37,144 nt of DNA from Octopus bimaculoides (GCF_001194135.2 NC_068983.1:49569232-49606375); one strand, 5' to 3'. Shown: positions 23,900-36,077, numbered from the stretch's first letter. The notes: a model not told the origin generated them from the sequence alone. A program made the numbers and translations.

Positions 23900-24520
23900 G
23901 TTGGGGGATACTCAATCATATCAACCCCAGTACTCAATTGGTACTTATTTTATCGACCCTGAAAGGATAAAAGGAAGAGTCAACTTTGGCAGAATTTGAA
24001 CTCAGAACGTAAAGATGGACAAAATGCAGCCAAGCAATTTTCCCAGCGTGCTAACGATTCTGCCAGATTGTTGTTTTACAATCAGATGTAGTATTGGTTT
24101 CAGATTTTAGCACAAGACCACCAAGTTTAAGGGAGTGGGTAAGTCAATTACATCAACCCTAGTACACAACTGTTACTTATTTCATTGACCCCAAAAGGAT
24201 GAAAGGCAAAGTTGGCTTCGGCAGAATTTAAACTCAGAACATAAAGAAGGACAAAATGCCACTAACCATTTTTCCCGGCCTGCTAACGATTCTTATTTCT
24301 TTATTACCCACAAGGGGCTAAACATAGATGAGACAAACAAGGACAGACAAAGGGATTAAGTCGATTACATTGACCACAGTGCGTAACTGGTACTTAATTT
24401 ATCAAACCCGAAAGGATGAAAGGCAAAGCCGACCTCGGCGGAATTTGAACTCAGAACATAATGGCAGACGAAATAATGCTAAGCATTTCGTCCAGCGTGC
24501 TAACGTTTCTGCCACCTCAA
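23900..24520 (-). mobile_element. Cluster of three minus-strand SINEs (23900-24075, 24095-24293, 24294-24520)
   Basis: Three copies of ...ggtactta.tt.at.gacc...ggatgaaaggcaaag...gaattt.aactcagaac; the last is the young subfamily. Confidence 0.88.
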
Positions 24521-25126
24521 TACCTTAATCAGAAGAAAATATTCTGTAGGACAATTAATAAGAATTTTTTAATTTTGGCACAAAACCAACAATTTTAAAG
24601 AGAATAATATTGATAGAACTGCACTTTATTTGCATATTTAAGATTTTGATGGAATATGAGCATATATGAAGAATTTATAAATTAATAGACCTAATTATGT
24701 AGGGAAGAGACTGGATACAGGATGCAGTGAATGTGACATTAAGAAAAAGCATTTTAAGAAATCAGTGTTTGAAGACTATAATAAAAAGCAAATGGAAAGG
24801 ATACACTAAATTTGATATTCGAAGATTAAATGAGTTTATAGGTGGGGAATAAACGGAAAATCAAAAGGTTATCTGTGTGAGAGTGAATTAGAAGTCAATT
24901 TTAGAAATGGTATTTAAAGTAAAGAAAAAATAAAAACAGACTGTATTTAGATGTATGTATAAGGCACATATGATATTATTACAAAAAAAATATGAACATC
25001 AGACAAAGAATATTTAAGAAGTTAAAATTTAGGGATGGAATAAAGAAAAAAATTTCGTAATTTTTAGATGATTTTACAGCTAAAAAAAAAAGAATTATAA
25101 GTTATATACAGCATAATGATTATGGC

Positions 25127-25276
25127 TTTACACTCTGTAGGAGTAACCAAGCAGCCCAAACAATAATAACTCTAGTATTTGCAGATGATCTTAAGTCCCA
25201 AGTCACTCTCCAAGAAAAATAACCTATAATGAAAGACATGCCAGCCATGAGCATCCCATCCAAATAGTGCCCCATT
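25127..25276 (+). mobile_element. Degenerate non-LTR reverse transcriptase fragment (FADD motif)
   Basis: DYGFTLCRSNQAAQTIITLVFADDLKSQVTLQEK* then MSIPSK*CP, resembling RT motifs (AFADDL...LQ.L...M..NPSKC); interrupted by (TG)n. Confidence 0.45.
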
Positions 25277-25277
25277 T

Positions 25278-25530
25278 GTGTATATGTGTGTGTTTGTGTG
25301 TGTATGTGTAGGTGTATGTGTATCTGTGTGTGCTTGTGTATGTGTGTACGTGTGTGTGTATGTTTGTATGAGTGTCCATGTGTGTGTGTGTGCATATGTA
25401 TGTGTTTGTGTGTGGTTTTATGTGTGTGTTTATATGTGTGTTTGTGGGTGCGCATGTGTGTGTGCACATGTGTGTGTGTGTGTGTGTGTCTATGTGTGTC
25501 TGTGTGTGCATGCGCGTGCACATGTGTGTG
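25278..25530. repeat. Degenerate (TG)n microsatellite
   Basis: Direct reading. Confidence 0.95.
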
Positions 25531-26168
25531 TTTCTGGAGAGTTTCCTTGTCTCAAAATCTCCTCGCAGACACATTACTCCACCTGAAGTCTGGGCCGGAC
25601 GTACTTGCATGCACTTGAGCTGCTGTGTAGGAGGTTATAAATCCAACATTGTAACCACACAGCCATGAGTGCATCCCTATCAAAGAGATACAAACTTCTG
25701 ACAGACTTGTGTTCAATGAAGCAAAAAATAACTCTGAAAACTTGTTTTGCTACAGTCACAAAATGAATCAATCTCCAGATTTATATGCTCATATAATAGC
25801 TCGAAAGAAACACAACATAACAATATAATTTGAGATAATGTTTCATCGATAATTAACTCATCCGTGTACTCGGCAAAATTAATTGACATTTATTTGTTAT
25901 TTTAATTTTTTAAAAAATTTATATCACTATTTGCGAGAAGCAGTATTGGTTGCAGGTTTCCAATCGGCCAATCGATACTTGACTGCATTTCTGATGTCAG
26001 AGGTTACAGGGATATGTCTAATTCGATGCAGAACAAATATCTCAAAGGAATTTTGTCATAAAGAGTCTGTTTTATTATTCTTATTGATAGCTATATTTCC
26101 CAATCATGTATAACAGTGAAAGTTATATATTCAAAGAGAGATGTAGTGAGAGAGAGAGTGTGTGTGAG

Positions 26169-26200
<32 letters not shown>

Positions 26201-26203
<3 letters not shown>

Positions 26204-26674
26204 GAGGGCGAGTCAAAAAGTAAGGCCATTTTGTTTAGGACAGATATTTTTACCAACATAGGAACATGAATCATACATCAAAATGAAGTTGGTCCTCTGT
26301 GGATCACATCCCTACTTCTCAACATAGTCACCGTTTCTCTCAATAACAATATTCTACCTTTGAATAAGAGCATGTATCCCTGCCCCGTAAAATTCTGTTG
26401 ACTGTTCTTTGAGCCACATCTTCATTACAGTTTTCATTTCTTCATCACTGGAATAATGTTTGCCTCTCAAACCCACTTTCATGGTGCCAAAAAGATGATA
26501 GTCTGAAGGCGCTAAATCTGGTGAGTGTGGAGGTAGTGAAGAAGTGGCTCAAAGAACAGCCAACAGAATTTTATGGGGCAGGGATACATGCTCTCATTCG
26601 AAGGTGGAGCATTGCTATTGAGAGAAATGGTGATTATGTTGATCCACAGAGGACCAGCTTCATTTTGTTGCATG
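26201..26674 (-). mobile_element. Mariner (irritans-like TIR) transposase 3' remnant with an inverted second copy
   Basis: TA-cgagggcgagtcaaaaagt TIR after (TA)n. Minus strand from 26533: PPHSPDLAPSDYHLFGTMKVGLRGKHYSSDEEMKTVMKMWLKEQSTEFYGAGIHALIQR*NIVIERNGDYVEK*. Plus strand 26533-26674: VVKKWLKEQPTEFYGAGIHALIRRWSIAIERNGDYV. Confidence 0.92.
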
Positions 26675-27904
26675 TTAAGGGTATGCATGTCTGTGGAATT
26701 CTCAGCCACTTGCACGTTAATTTCATGAGCAGGCTGTTCTATTGATTGGATCAACTAGAACCCTTGTCGTCTCAACCGACAGAGTGCTATAGATATATAA
26801 ATATATATGTCTATATATGTATGTTGAATTCTTGTCTCACAATTTGTATTTCTCACCACTTAAATTTCGAGATGTTTTATTTCATTATTTGGGCTGGTTT
26901 TTATACATTGACCATATTCATTCTAAAGCTATCATTTCTTTACTTCGTTTCTGAATTATTTTTATTTGAGTGTTGTCTACGGTTGTCATCATTCCATTTC
27001 ATGATTCATTTTTCTGTTCTTTTTTGCCTTGGTTTGATTCCTTTTTATTTCTCTCTGTATGGTTTTTCCAGTTCATGTTAGTTTTTTTGAAAGCATTTAA
27101 TTGTACAACATTTCTCATTGTTTAATTCATTAGTAGTTCTTTGTTGAGATGTCTATTGCATAATCTCATCTTGTTTTTTTCTCAGCTATGAACTATTTCA
27201 CTAAAGCTGCTTATTTGTTTATGACATTAATTACTTGGTTCAGTGATTGTCCTTAATCCATCTGTCTGTTGATTACATAATTTATAACTGATTTTGGTAA
27301 ACTTGTCCTGCCACACTAAATATATTTTTGGTATATTTGTCGGTTGCTCTACTGGTAAAATCTCATTATACCTGTTTTGCAAATTGCTATTGTATATTTG
27401 AAGTCACTAAAGTGTATATATATTCACGGATGGGAGTGATTTTTCATTATTATAACGAATACATCAGTATTAATATTTCCTTTCTTTATAGGCTAGTTTG
27501 TTTAGCACTTTATGTGGTGTTAGAATGGTTTTTGCCTTGCTAATATTTCTATTGTTATCATGGAGCTGCTTTTAGTAATGAATTTTTTCTGGTGTCTGCA
27601 CTGTGACATTATAACTTATTTCCTCTGGAGCAAGCTTTTTTGTAGCATTATTAATTCATATTTTACTGCAACGTACAGGAGACCTATGTCATAAAATATG
27701 TTAGGGGGAACTCTGTTTATTATATTTTTTAGATTATATTTTTGCATATATTATTTTCCCCATAAATCCCAAATGCAATTTGACTGCGATGTGTTTCTTT
27801 TGTGGATATTACAAGACAAGTACACATGTTGAGTATCTGAGCTTAAACATTTAACTTCTGGCTTCAGTCTGCATTCTGTTGGATATTCTCCCTAAAATAC
27901 TGTC

Positions 27905-28180
27905 TACAGCCTGAGTTTCACGAGCCCACAGCTTTTTAGTATTCTCCCAAAGAGCCTGAGGTATCTGCACAAAGTAGATGTAGGCGTTTTTAAATCAAGG
28001 CTGGACCTCTTCCTGTCGAGAGTCCCAGATAAACTTACCTCACAGCAAGAGGTGCAAATGAGGGTAGCTACATCAAACTCCATTCTACACCAAGTGCCAC
28101 ATATTAGAGGAGGATCTTAGTAATAAAAGTGTAACAATGGTGGTGCTCCAGCATGGCCACAGCTATGAGCTGAAACTACA
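27905..28180 (+). mobile_element. CR1/L2-group LINE 3' end (ORF2 C-terminus plus 3' stem-loop)
   Basis: YSLSFTSPQLFSILPKSLRYLHKVDVGVFKSRLDLFLSRVPDKLTSQQEVQMRVATSNSIL... with stop at 28118-28120, then ggtggtgctccagcatggccacagctatgagctgaaac. Confidence 0.85.
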
Positions 28181-28831
28181 CCCCCCCAAAAAAAAAAACC
28201 TGGTAGTTTATTTAATTTCTTAGGCAATTTCCACTTGATATTCACAAGTTTTGGTCCATTGTAGCTGCACTCATTTTTGTCAAACAGTTTACAGATAAGT
28301 AGTTGTTGGTTGCTTGCAGCTTGTTTGAAATGATTTTGGTTCTTGTAGTGCATATGAATTCTCTTCTTTCATCTCAGTTGCATTTTTACCTCTCTAGCTT
28401 CTGCATATCTATATATTTGATAAGAACTACCATGAACTGCCTTCCTTTTTTCACCTTAGTTACATAATTATTTATGCATATGCATACATATATTTGTGTA
28501 ACTCACAACTGCTTTGATGTCATAAATAACAAACAGCTTGTCCAGCTAGCATTCTCTTTCTTCCCCCCCCCCCTTTCTCCCCCTCTCTCAATATATATGT
28601 AAAAGCTGCTTCAGCAAAATCATGCTGACCCATGTGAGCATTGATGTTTGATTTGATGCTGCTTCTAGTTGACCAATAAACAAATTGGAAGCTACTTCAT
28701 TAGCTTGTATTTATAAATGAGCATATTAATTTATGACTATGTTAATTTATAAAAGCACTGTAAATGGGCAGACAATATTCATAAATGAATTTGTTTTGCT
28801 ACTTAAATTTATGCACAACTATAGATATGTG

Positions 28832-29604
28832 GTGAATCTTGCAGGCATGAAGTTGATTCGATCCATCATAGCCAAATTTAAATTAACACTTCAACAGAAC
28901 TTTTCCCATGGTGGAACAATGGAACATCTGGATTGCCAGTTTGTAACGGTAGAGATTAGTTGTTAAAATGGCATGTTGTAGGATGTGAAAGATGAACAAT
29001 GCATGAACTTTTAAGAAAATATCTATTTTTACTGTTACATTATGCAATACCTTGCCTCGACAGGCAGGTAATAAAAAACCCAAAAGCAAGCAAAGTAAAG
29101 ATAGGTGTATAGTTTGTGTTGGTGTTCTCGTCATTGTTTAGTAGAAATTATACAGAGAGATAAAATGATGTTGTAAGAGAATAGAATTAGAGCTTGTGCG
29201 AGTGAGAGAGTATGGAACAAAACAACTGCTTCATTGGCGAAATACCATAGTTGTTCTAGCTGGTCAGCCAGACTTCGTTCTCCCTGAGTTGTCACCAAAG
29301 TGACTAACTGTCTTTTTGCTTGGGGTTCTTGCTTTTATAACTATCCAGAAGGATAGACATATCATTGAGAACATTAGAATTAGTTGGTGGTCTTGTTATC
29401 TCTATTCTATCTTTTGGTGAAGTAGAAGAGGTTAGAAAGGGTCAAGTGGTGAAGACATTGTTTCGGTCTAGCTGAAGGCATCTGGAAAATGTAAAACTGC
29501 TGTCAGAGAAAGACCATTTTTCCACCGTGGGAAAAATTCTGTTGAAGTGTTAATTTAAATTTGGCTATGGTGGATCGAATCCACTTCATGCCTGCAAGAT
29601 TCAC
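28832..29604. repeat. Inverted repeat, 91-bp arms (28832-28922 and 29514-29604)
   Basis: Manual alignment gives 86/91 identical, no gaps; spacer 591 bp. Confidence 0.93.
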
Positions 29605-29962
29605 AACAGATGTTTCTGATTCTTGGAGCTAGCTGGAATCTTGTCACATCCACTAATTCATTTCTCTTCCTCTTGTCACCTGGCTTGAGTCTATTCCCAA
29701 GTCTTTCATTAACTACCAAACCCAGTCTCTCTTCTCTGGAATATTGACGCTATGGAGTTCCTTCCCAGTACATGTTATTTGTGTAGCCATCGGCATGCAA
29801 AAGTAATACTAACCATAATACTGTCACTTGCCTTAGAGTACTTGAGAAAAGCGATAAGCACAATTCCTTCTTCCGAAATAATTCATTAGAAAATACACAA
29901 TAGACACCTTGGATATTTGTGTGTAAATATAATAATCTATATTTCAGTCAGTGATAAAATAT

Positions 29963-30192
29963 TTAATCCTCTAGTATTCAAATTACTTTGTCAAATTTAA
30001 AGTTTATTTATTCACATTGTTTTGAATTAAGCAAGCATTGTCTTCTAGCTTCAAGATTTCAATGATGTGATCGTAGTTTTGTAGAATGACAATGTAGGGT
30101 AAGTGTGAGAGGCTGGATCTGGTTGATTTGAACATGAAACAAGCTAGAATACTTGGGCTGGATTATGGTGTGTTTAAATGCTAAAGTGCTAA
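29963..30192. mobile_element. TTAA-type (piggyBac-like) MITE
   Basis: Degenerate TIRs ttaatcctctagtattca and taaatgctaaagtgctaa; body is the reverse complement of 33480-33708. Confidence 0.7.
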
Positions 30193-31165
30193 GGCAGGAA
30201 GAATTAAAATGTTAATTAGAAATAATTAAGTGGTGATGTAGAACTAATATTAGACAATAACTAATATTTGGTTTTCATTTTAATTGTTTTGGCAACTATA
30301 GGAGACTACTTGAAACATTTTTCATCCATGAAGAATAATGTTCACCATACTCGCCAAAATAGTGATTGATGAATTACAGAATAAATATCTCAGATGGCCC
30401 ATTTAGAACAAATTACACAAAGAAAGACAGCCTCGTTTAGAAAATAAATAATTATAAGAAAACCATCTACACACACAGATAAACACACACATAGACACAG
30501 ACACAGACCCCACCCACACACACAAAGTAATTTTAATGTTCATATACTGGATGCAAGAGGTGTTGAAAAGTTAACTAAGATTAATTATTTGGTAAAGCAA
30601 ACTGAAATATCAGCCAGCATTAACTGTTAATTATTCAAAATCACATGGAATGAAATATTTTGTTCATTATTTCATCAGGTTCCTCTCATTGTTTCATGGT
30701 CAATGGAAACTGAAATACAAGTCAAGTACTAGTAGGAGTACCAACTAAGTACCAACTTATCCATCACCTCAAAAATTGCTGGCATTGAATGAAAGACCAT
30801 TATTTCACCAAGTACAAGGGAAATACATTTCGATATATTTCAGTTTTATAATATCTGCAGTTATTAATTGTTTAGTATTTAAGCCAGCCGTATCAGCAGC
30901 TCTGTCGTGTGACTTTTAGAGGGCCGCTGCAACTTTTTGTTTCAAGGCCGCTTCCCTTCAATCAAAATTCATGATCTACACACCTTTTATTCATAGCTAT
31001 ATTTTACTTTATTCTATCTGAAGTTCAGTATTTCACGTTATCCTAAAGAACATCTTTAAAAGTACAACAAGTTAAATTTATTTAGGTCTATAACAAATTT
31101 CAGTAAATAAAACTTCCAGCTATGAATAAAAGAGCATTTTTATAATCCAGGAAACTTTCAAAGAC

Positions 31166-31265
31166 AAACACGGCACACATTTTGCTTCGCAAAATCATCG
31201 ATCAGTTCAGAATAATCAGACTGAGAACTAAGTTCATGTTCAACAGATATCAATAACAATTCACA
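31166..31265 (-). mobile_element. hAT transposase C-terminal (dimerisation domain) remnant
   Basis: Minus strand: LLLISVEHELSSQSDYSELIDDFAKQNVCRV, matching the hAT end LAILSIE.E....LDY..IIDDFA..K.R. Confidence 0.65.
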
Positions 31266-31359
31266 AAGTCTGGTACAATGTAATATTTTTACAAGAACTT
31301 TTGCAAGTACAATGTATTATTACGATTTTATTTCTTGAAGTCTTCAGTTAACATAGTTT

Positions 31360-31720
31360 AATTTCATCCTTTTGGGGTCAATAAATTAAGTACCAGTTAT
31401 GCACTGGTGTTCAATGTAATCGACTTAATCCCTTTGTCTGTCCTTGTTTGTCCCCTCTATGTTTAGCCCCTTGTGGGCAATAAAGAAATAAGAAATGTTA
31501 GCACGCTGGGCAAATTGCTTAGCGGTATTTCATTTATGTTCACATTCTGAGTTCAAATGCTGTTGAGGCCAACTTTAACTTTCATCTTCTTAGGGATTGA
31601 TGGAATAAGCACCAGTTAACCAGTTGAGTACTGGGGTTGGTGTAACCGATTTAACCCTTTCTCTGAAATTACTGGCCTTGCATCAAAATTTGAAACCATT
31701 ATCCGCATCCATTTAGTTGT
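31360..31720 (+). mobile_element. Young SINE 3' part joined at AGAA to an older SINE
   Basis: ...tgtgggcaataaagaaata|agaa|atgttagcacgctgggc... (junction 31491-31494). Confidence 0.88.
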
Positions 31721-31987
31721 GTTGGTCATTCAATATTCACATATCAATAACGACATTTTGCATGATGAATATCTTCAGAAAGGTAGGAATCATGCTTGCC
31801 AAAATTCAGAGGTTCCATAATTCCTACCTGTAAAAATGTTATTTAATATTCTTAATCTACAGCATATTTTACAGAGAAAAAAAAATGGACGTTTTTAATA
31901 TAATACATGTAAATTTATAACTTCATCATACCGTATATATTTACCCATTATATGTTATATCATAATGTACGTTTACACGTACACATT

Positions 31988-32022
<35 letters not shown>

Positions 32023-32102
32023 GTTATTGTATATACACATGTATACATATATATAAGTGTGTGTGTGTATGTACACATGTATATATATATATNNNNNNNN
32101 NN

Positions 32103-32140
<38 letters not shown>

Positions 32141-33479
32141 CTTTATATATTATTTCAATCTTCAGGAAACATCGTTATACCAAGGTATGTAAAGTAGAGA
32201 GATGGACTTAAATACTCTTCGTTCAGCATTTAGCTTTGTATTTGAAATATAGGCTCAAATCAAGCAGAAAAAACTTTTTATCTGAATTCTTGTGTAAAAG
32301 ATAAAATAACGTTAATCTTACATTGGGTTGATTTGACTGATTATTCACCAACACAAATTTGAGGCTTATGTCAGTGTTACAATCAATAGTACAAGATTTA
32401 CTGAGTGGTCACTAAGTACTGTATTTGTAGCCTAGGGTTACCTGGTTAAATATCTTTACAACTTTCGGCTAGATTGGTTTTTAAAAGAAAAGAAAAAAAG
32501 AAAATAAACAGAAAATGTATTCAGCTACAGAATAAAATATAAAAATAGATAAATAGATGAACCGGTTTGTTTTGCTTTTTCTATGAACTGATATTTGAAA
32601 TTGCAAACACTTCGACTTTAATTACCTCTGCGAGGGTTATCATTCTCCATCAATGTTCACCATCAAAGACAAAATAACAATGAGATCAAACCTCTCTCCA
32701 TGGCAACAATTCACAATGTTCAATGCACATATTTGTGTGGGAATAAATGAGAATCACTCTACCCAGGAGATTAGCTTCCTATACATAGCTATTTGGTTCT
32801 ATGTCCATTAAGAAAGAAAAATATTAAGTGTAAACCAAGGCCTTCAAGTCTTTCTCTGGAATCACACATATGTTGGGAAATAAATGGTTGTACACTGGTT
32901 ATTGATTTTTTTCCAACAAATGTTAGAGTATCTACATGTTATAAAATATATAGACTGTGCTTGAGAGCCACTACTGTTTGAATTGATGCAACCTTTTCCA
33001 TCCAGCAGAGCTGAAGACACAACAGTTTTCAATCTGTCATCAGTGCCACAAAATCTAAGGCCAAAACAGTTAACTGTAAATGGAGTGGTCTATCTAGGTA
33101 GCAGAAAGTAGGTGTCAGTCCAAGTAAGCAACACTGTACAGCAGGAAAGAACAGCATCTTAAAATTGGTGCTTCTCTGGCTTATAGTTGCCATTGTTTAG
33201 CTCTAAGCTAGCCTTGAACAGACAAACCTATATAAAGGCGATCTACTGTGACCATTACTTCATTTTCCAAAGTACATTATCCGAGTCCATCCTGCTTAAG
33301 ACAACATGTACTTAGCATCTGAATTTGCTGGTTTTCCTTGCAGACTTGATGGATCTCATGTTGAGAATATATTGCCCTTAAATATAGAGGAAACATATTA
33401 ATATCTGGAAGTACTGGAAGGCACAACAAAGTCAAAAGCTTAGAAAGGAATTCTTCGAAAAAGAACATCTTCATCACTT

Positions 33480-33708
33480 TGAACCATTAGCATATAAACT
33501 GGTTGTGTCAGGCTCAAAAATTCTACCTGCTTTAGGTTCAAACTGGCCAGATCCAAACTCTCCCACCCATCCTACAATGTTATTTTAGAAATATGCAATC
33601 ATCACTATTGGAATCGTAAAGCTACAACATAATGCATGATTAATTCAAGATCAATGTGGATAAATAAGCGTTACATTTGAGAGAATAATCTGAATGCTAA
33701 AAGGTTAA
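33480..33708. mobile_element. TTAA-type (piggyBac-like) MITE
   Basis: tgaaccattagcatat ... tgaatgctaaaaggttaa terminal inverted repeats, ~230 bp. Confidence 0.75.
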
Positions 33709-34003
33709 GCAGTGACTTTTACTATGAGATAGGAACTGAGACAAGTTCTACTCCTCACAACCAGTAGTCCTTGTCATTCATAATCTCATTCATATGCTTG
33801 ATAATTGTTGAATGAAGTGTCTTTCTTTTAATGTTTTCTTTCTTCTTTTCCATTTCCTGTTCTTCCCCTTTTGGGCTCTGCACATACTCTAAACAGTTCT
33901 AAATAAATAAAAGAATTAAAAAATATAGCTTTGTACTGACCAATATCTTGTGATTGAAATTTTCGCCAAGGGTCAATAAAATAACTATCCATTTAACCCT
34001 ACC

Positions 34004-34520
34004 CATGCCAGCCTTCCTTCATTGGACACTAAACTCAGCTTGCGAAGACCTGTTGGGGCAAGTGAGATCAAAACTGAACTAAATTCGATGACTAGCACTC
34101 GTGCCAGTGGAACGCTAATAGCACCATCTGAGCGGGATCACTGCCAGAGCAGCGGTCTCGCCTCCGTGCTTGTGGCACATAAAAAGTACCATTTGAGCAC
34201 GATTGTTTCCAGCTTTGCCTTACTGGTACTTGTGCTGGTGGCATGTGAACAAAACATTGGACTGACTCCTGTGCAGGTGGCACGTAAAAAACACCATTTG
34301 AGCATGGCCGTTGCCAGTACTGCCAGACTGGCCCTCATGCTAGTGGCACGTAAAAAACACCCACTACACTCTCGGAGTGGTTGGCGTTAGGAAGGGCATC
34401 CAGCAGTAGAAACTCTGCCAGACCAGATTGGAGTCTGGTGCAGCCATCTGGTTCACCAGTCCTCAGTCAAATCGTCCAACCCATGCTAGCATGGAAAGCG
34501 GACGTTAAATGATGATGATA
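34004..34520 (+). mobile_element. RTE LINE 3'UTR: ~98-bp module, about five repeat units, tail and (GAT)n
   Basis: Collinear with the reverse complement of 1149-1720. Confidence 0.92.
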
Positions 34521-34719
34521 ATCATTTTTCATTCATTGTTTTGATTTAATTCTTCATTATCTTGTAGCTTTGAGATTTTGATGAGGAAACCCTTAATTTT
34601 TAAGACAATATTGAAGGGTTGGTGAGTGAGGTCAAACCTAACCAGTTTGAACATTAACCCTTTCGATACCAACTTGAATTTAATACCATTTTAAATAGTA
34701 CCTTCTTTTACATCTACAT

Positions 34720-35190
34720 ACGAACCTAGACTTCTCTTCTCTATTTCTGCTCCTTTTCAACATACCGTATACCTCTTTCTCTTTCTGCTTTTTCTCTACA
34801 CAACGAGTCTGCATCAGATGAAGAATGCATGCTTCTGTGCATTGTGAGTTGCCTTCTTGTTTCCCTGTCAATATCCTTCAGCTCTTCCTTTCTCCATTCA
34901 ATAATTCCTGCTCAACAATTTATTAACGATATTGCCCTCAGGTTGATTGCATGTATAATGTTTTCTGCATTCAATTTAGCTTTTGGAATCTTCTTCATTC
35001 TGCAGAATTATTCTTTACTGAGGGATTCATTTCTATGCTTTCGATTTTGCTGTGCTTTCCCATATTTATTATGTTTCCTCTAACAATTAATGATAATGTA
35101 TTCTCAATGTTTAAACAGATTGATTCCTGTGCATTCTATGGGTTTTCATCATTACACATTTTTTCTTTGTAGGGTTTCAGAAAGTCACTC
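34720..35190 (-). mobile_element. R4/Dong-like RT thumb-region remnant
   Basis: Minus strand: CRMKKIPKAKLNAENIIHAINLRAISLINC*AGIIEWRKEELKDIDRETRRQLTMHRSMHSSSDADSLCREKAERERGI, matching R4/Dong SKLNAGN.I.AIN..A....Y.AGII.W...EL..ID.KTR..LTM....H...D.DRLY..R..GGRG. Confidence 0.85.
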
Positions 35191-35227
35191 CGGTGTCATT
35201 ACTAAGTATTCATACTGCTTGTAATGT

Positions 35228-35580
35228 CTACATCATCATCATAATCATCATTGTCGTCGTCATCATCATCATCATCACCAACAGCATTGTCATCATCATC
35301 ATCATTGCCATCGTCGTCATCATCATCATCGTCATCATCATCATCATCATCATAATCATCGTCGTCGTCGTCGTCATCATCTTCACCATCATCATCATCA
35401 TCAACATCATCATCATCATCATCATCATCACCATCATCATCACCATCACCATCATCATTACCATCATCGTCACTACCACCACCACCACCACCACCACCAC
35501 CACCACAATCACCATCATCATCATCATCATCGTCATCATCATCATTACTGCTATTGTCATTGTTACTATTATTTTTGATA
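35228..35580. repeat. Cryptic (CAT/CAC/CGT)n trinucleotide tract
   Basis: Direct reading; source of the poly-Ile and poly-Met ORFs. Confidence 0.95.
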
Positions 35581-35889
35581 TTATTACTTCAGATAGCATT
35601 TTTGATATTATTATTTAACAATATCCAGTTTTTTTTTCCCAAATGCTTGGTTGGGTGAGATGATCATTTTTAAGGAAGTGTTTCACAGCTGGATGCTCTT
35701 ATTGCTGCCAAGTCACGCAACTGTGAAAGAATGACAGCATTATTTTAATCAATCCGGAAAACTACAAAGAGTAGAAATGTATACCTTGCTCAGGTACACA
35801 TTACGTTGTCTGTAGAAAAAAATTTGAATTAATGATAAGTTAATCAATTGTCTATCAACATAACATAACAGATAATTTCTTTGTTTCTC

Positions 35890-36077
35890 TATCTAGCGCC
35901 ATGTAAAAAGCACCCCGTACATTCTATGAAGTGGTTGGTGCTACGAAGGGCATCCAGTCATAGAAATCATTTCCGAAGAAGACAATTGTACCGGCTGCAG
36001 TTCTCTGGTTTGCCAACACCTGTCGAACTGTTCATCATGTGCCAGTATAGAAAATACATTTAATGATGATGACGACA

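Noticed and set aside
24600-25110. Purine-rich tracts resembling decayed L1/Tx1 ORF2 (also ~2740-4200 and ~27000-27650)
   Set aside because: No diagnostic motif could be recovered by eye; needs a translated HMM search.
25120-25290. Membrane-protein-like minus-strand peptide [21 protein letters not shown]...
   Set aside because: It contains RSSAN, the antisense reading of the RT FADDL motif; better explained as the opposite strand of a retrotransposon remnant.
25960-25985. Tandem CCAAT boxes as a promoter
   Set aside because: Short motifs expected by chance; no supporting TSS or CpG context.
33010-33048. Hammerhead-like CTGATGA..GAAA..GTC on the minus strand
   Set aside because: No stem II can form (cagatt) and stem I does not pair.
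34090-34360. CRISPR-like repeat/spacer appearance of the ~65-bp units (also 1325-1610)
   Set aside because: The variable parts are homologous to each other, the array lies in a LINE 3'UTR, there are no cas genes, and the context is eukaryotic.
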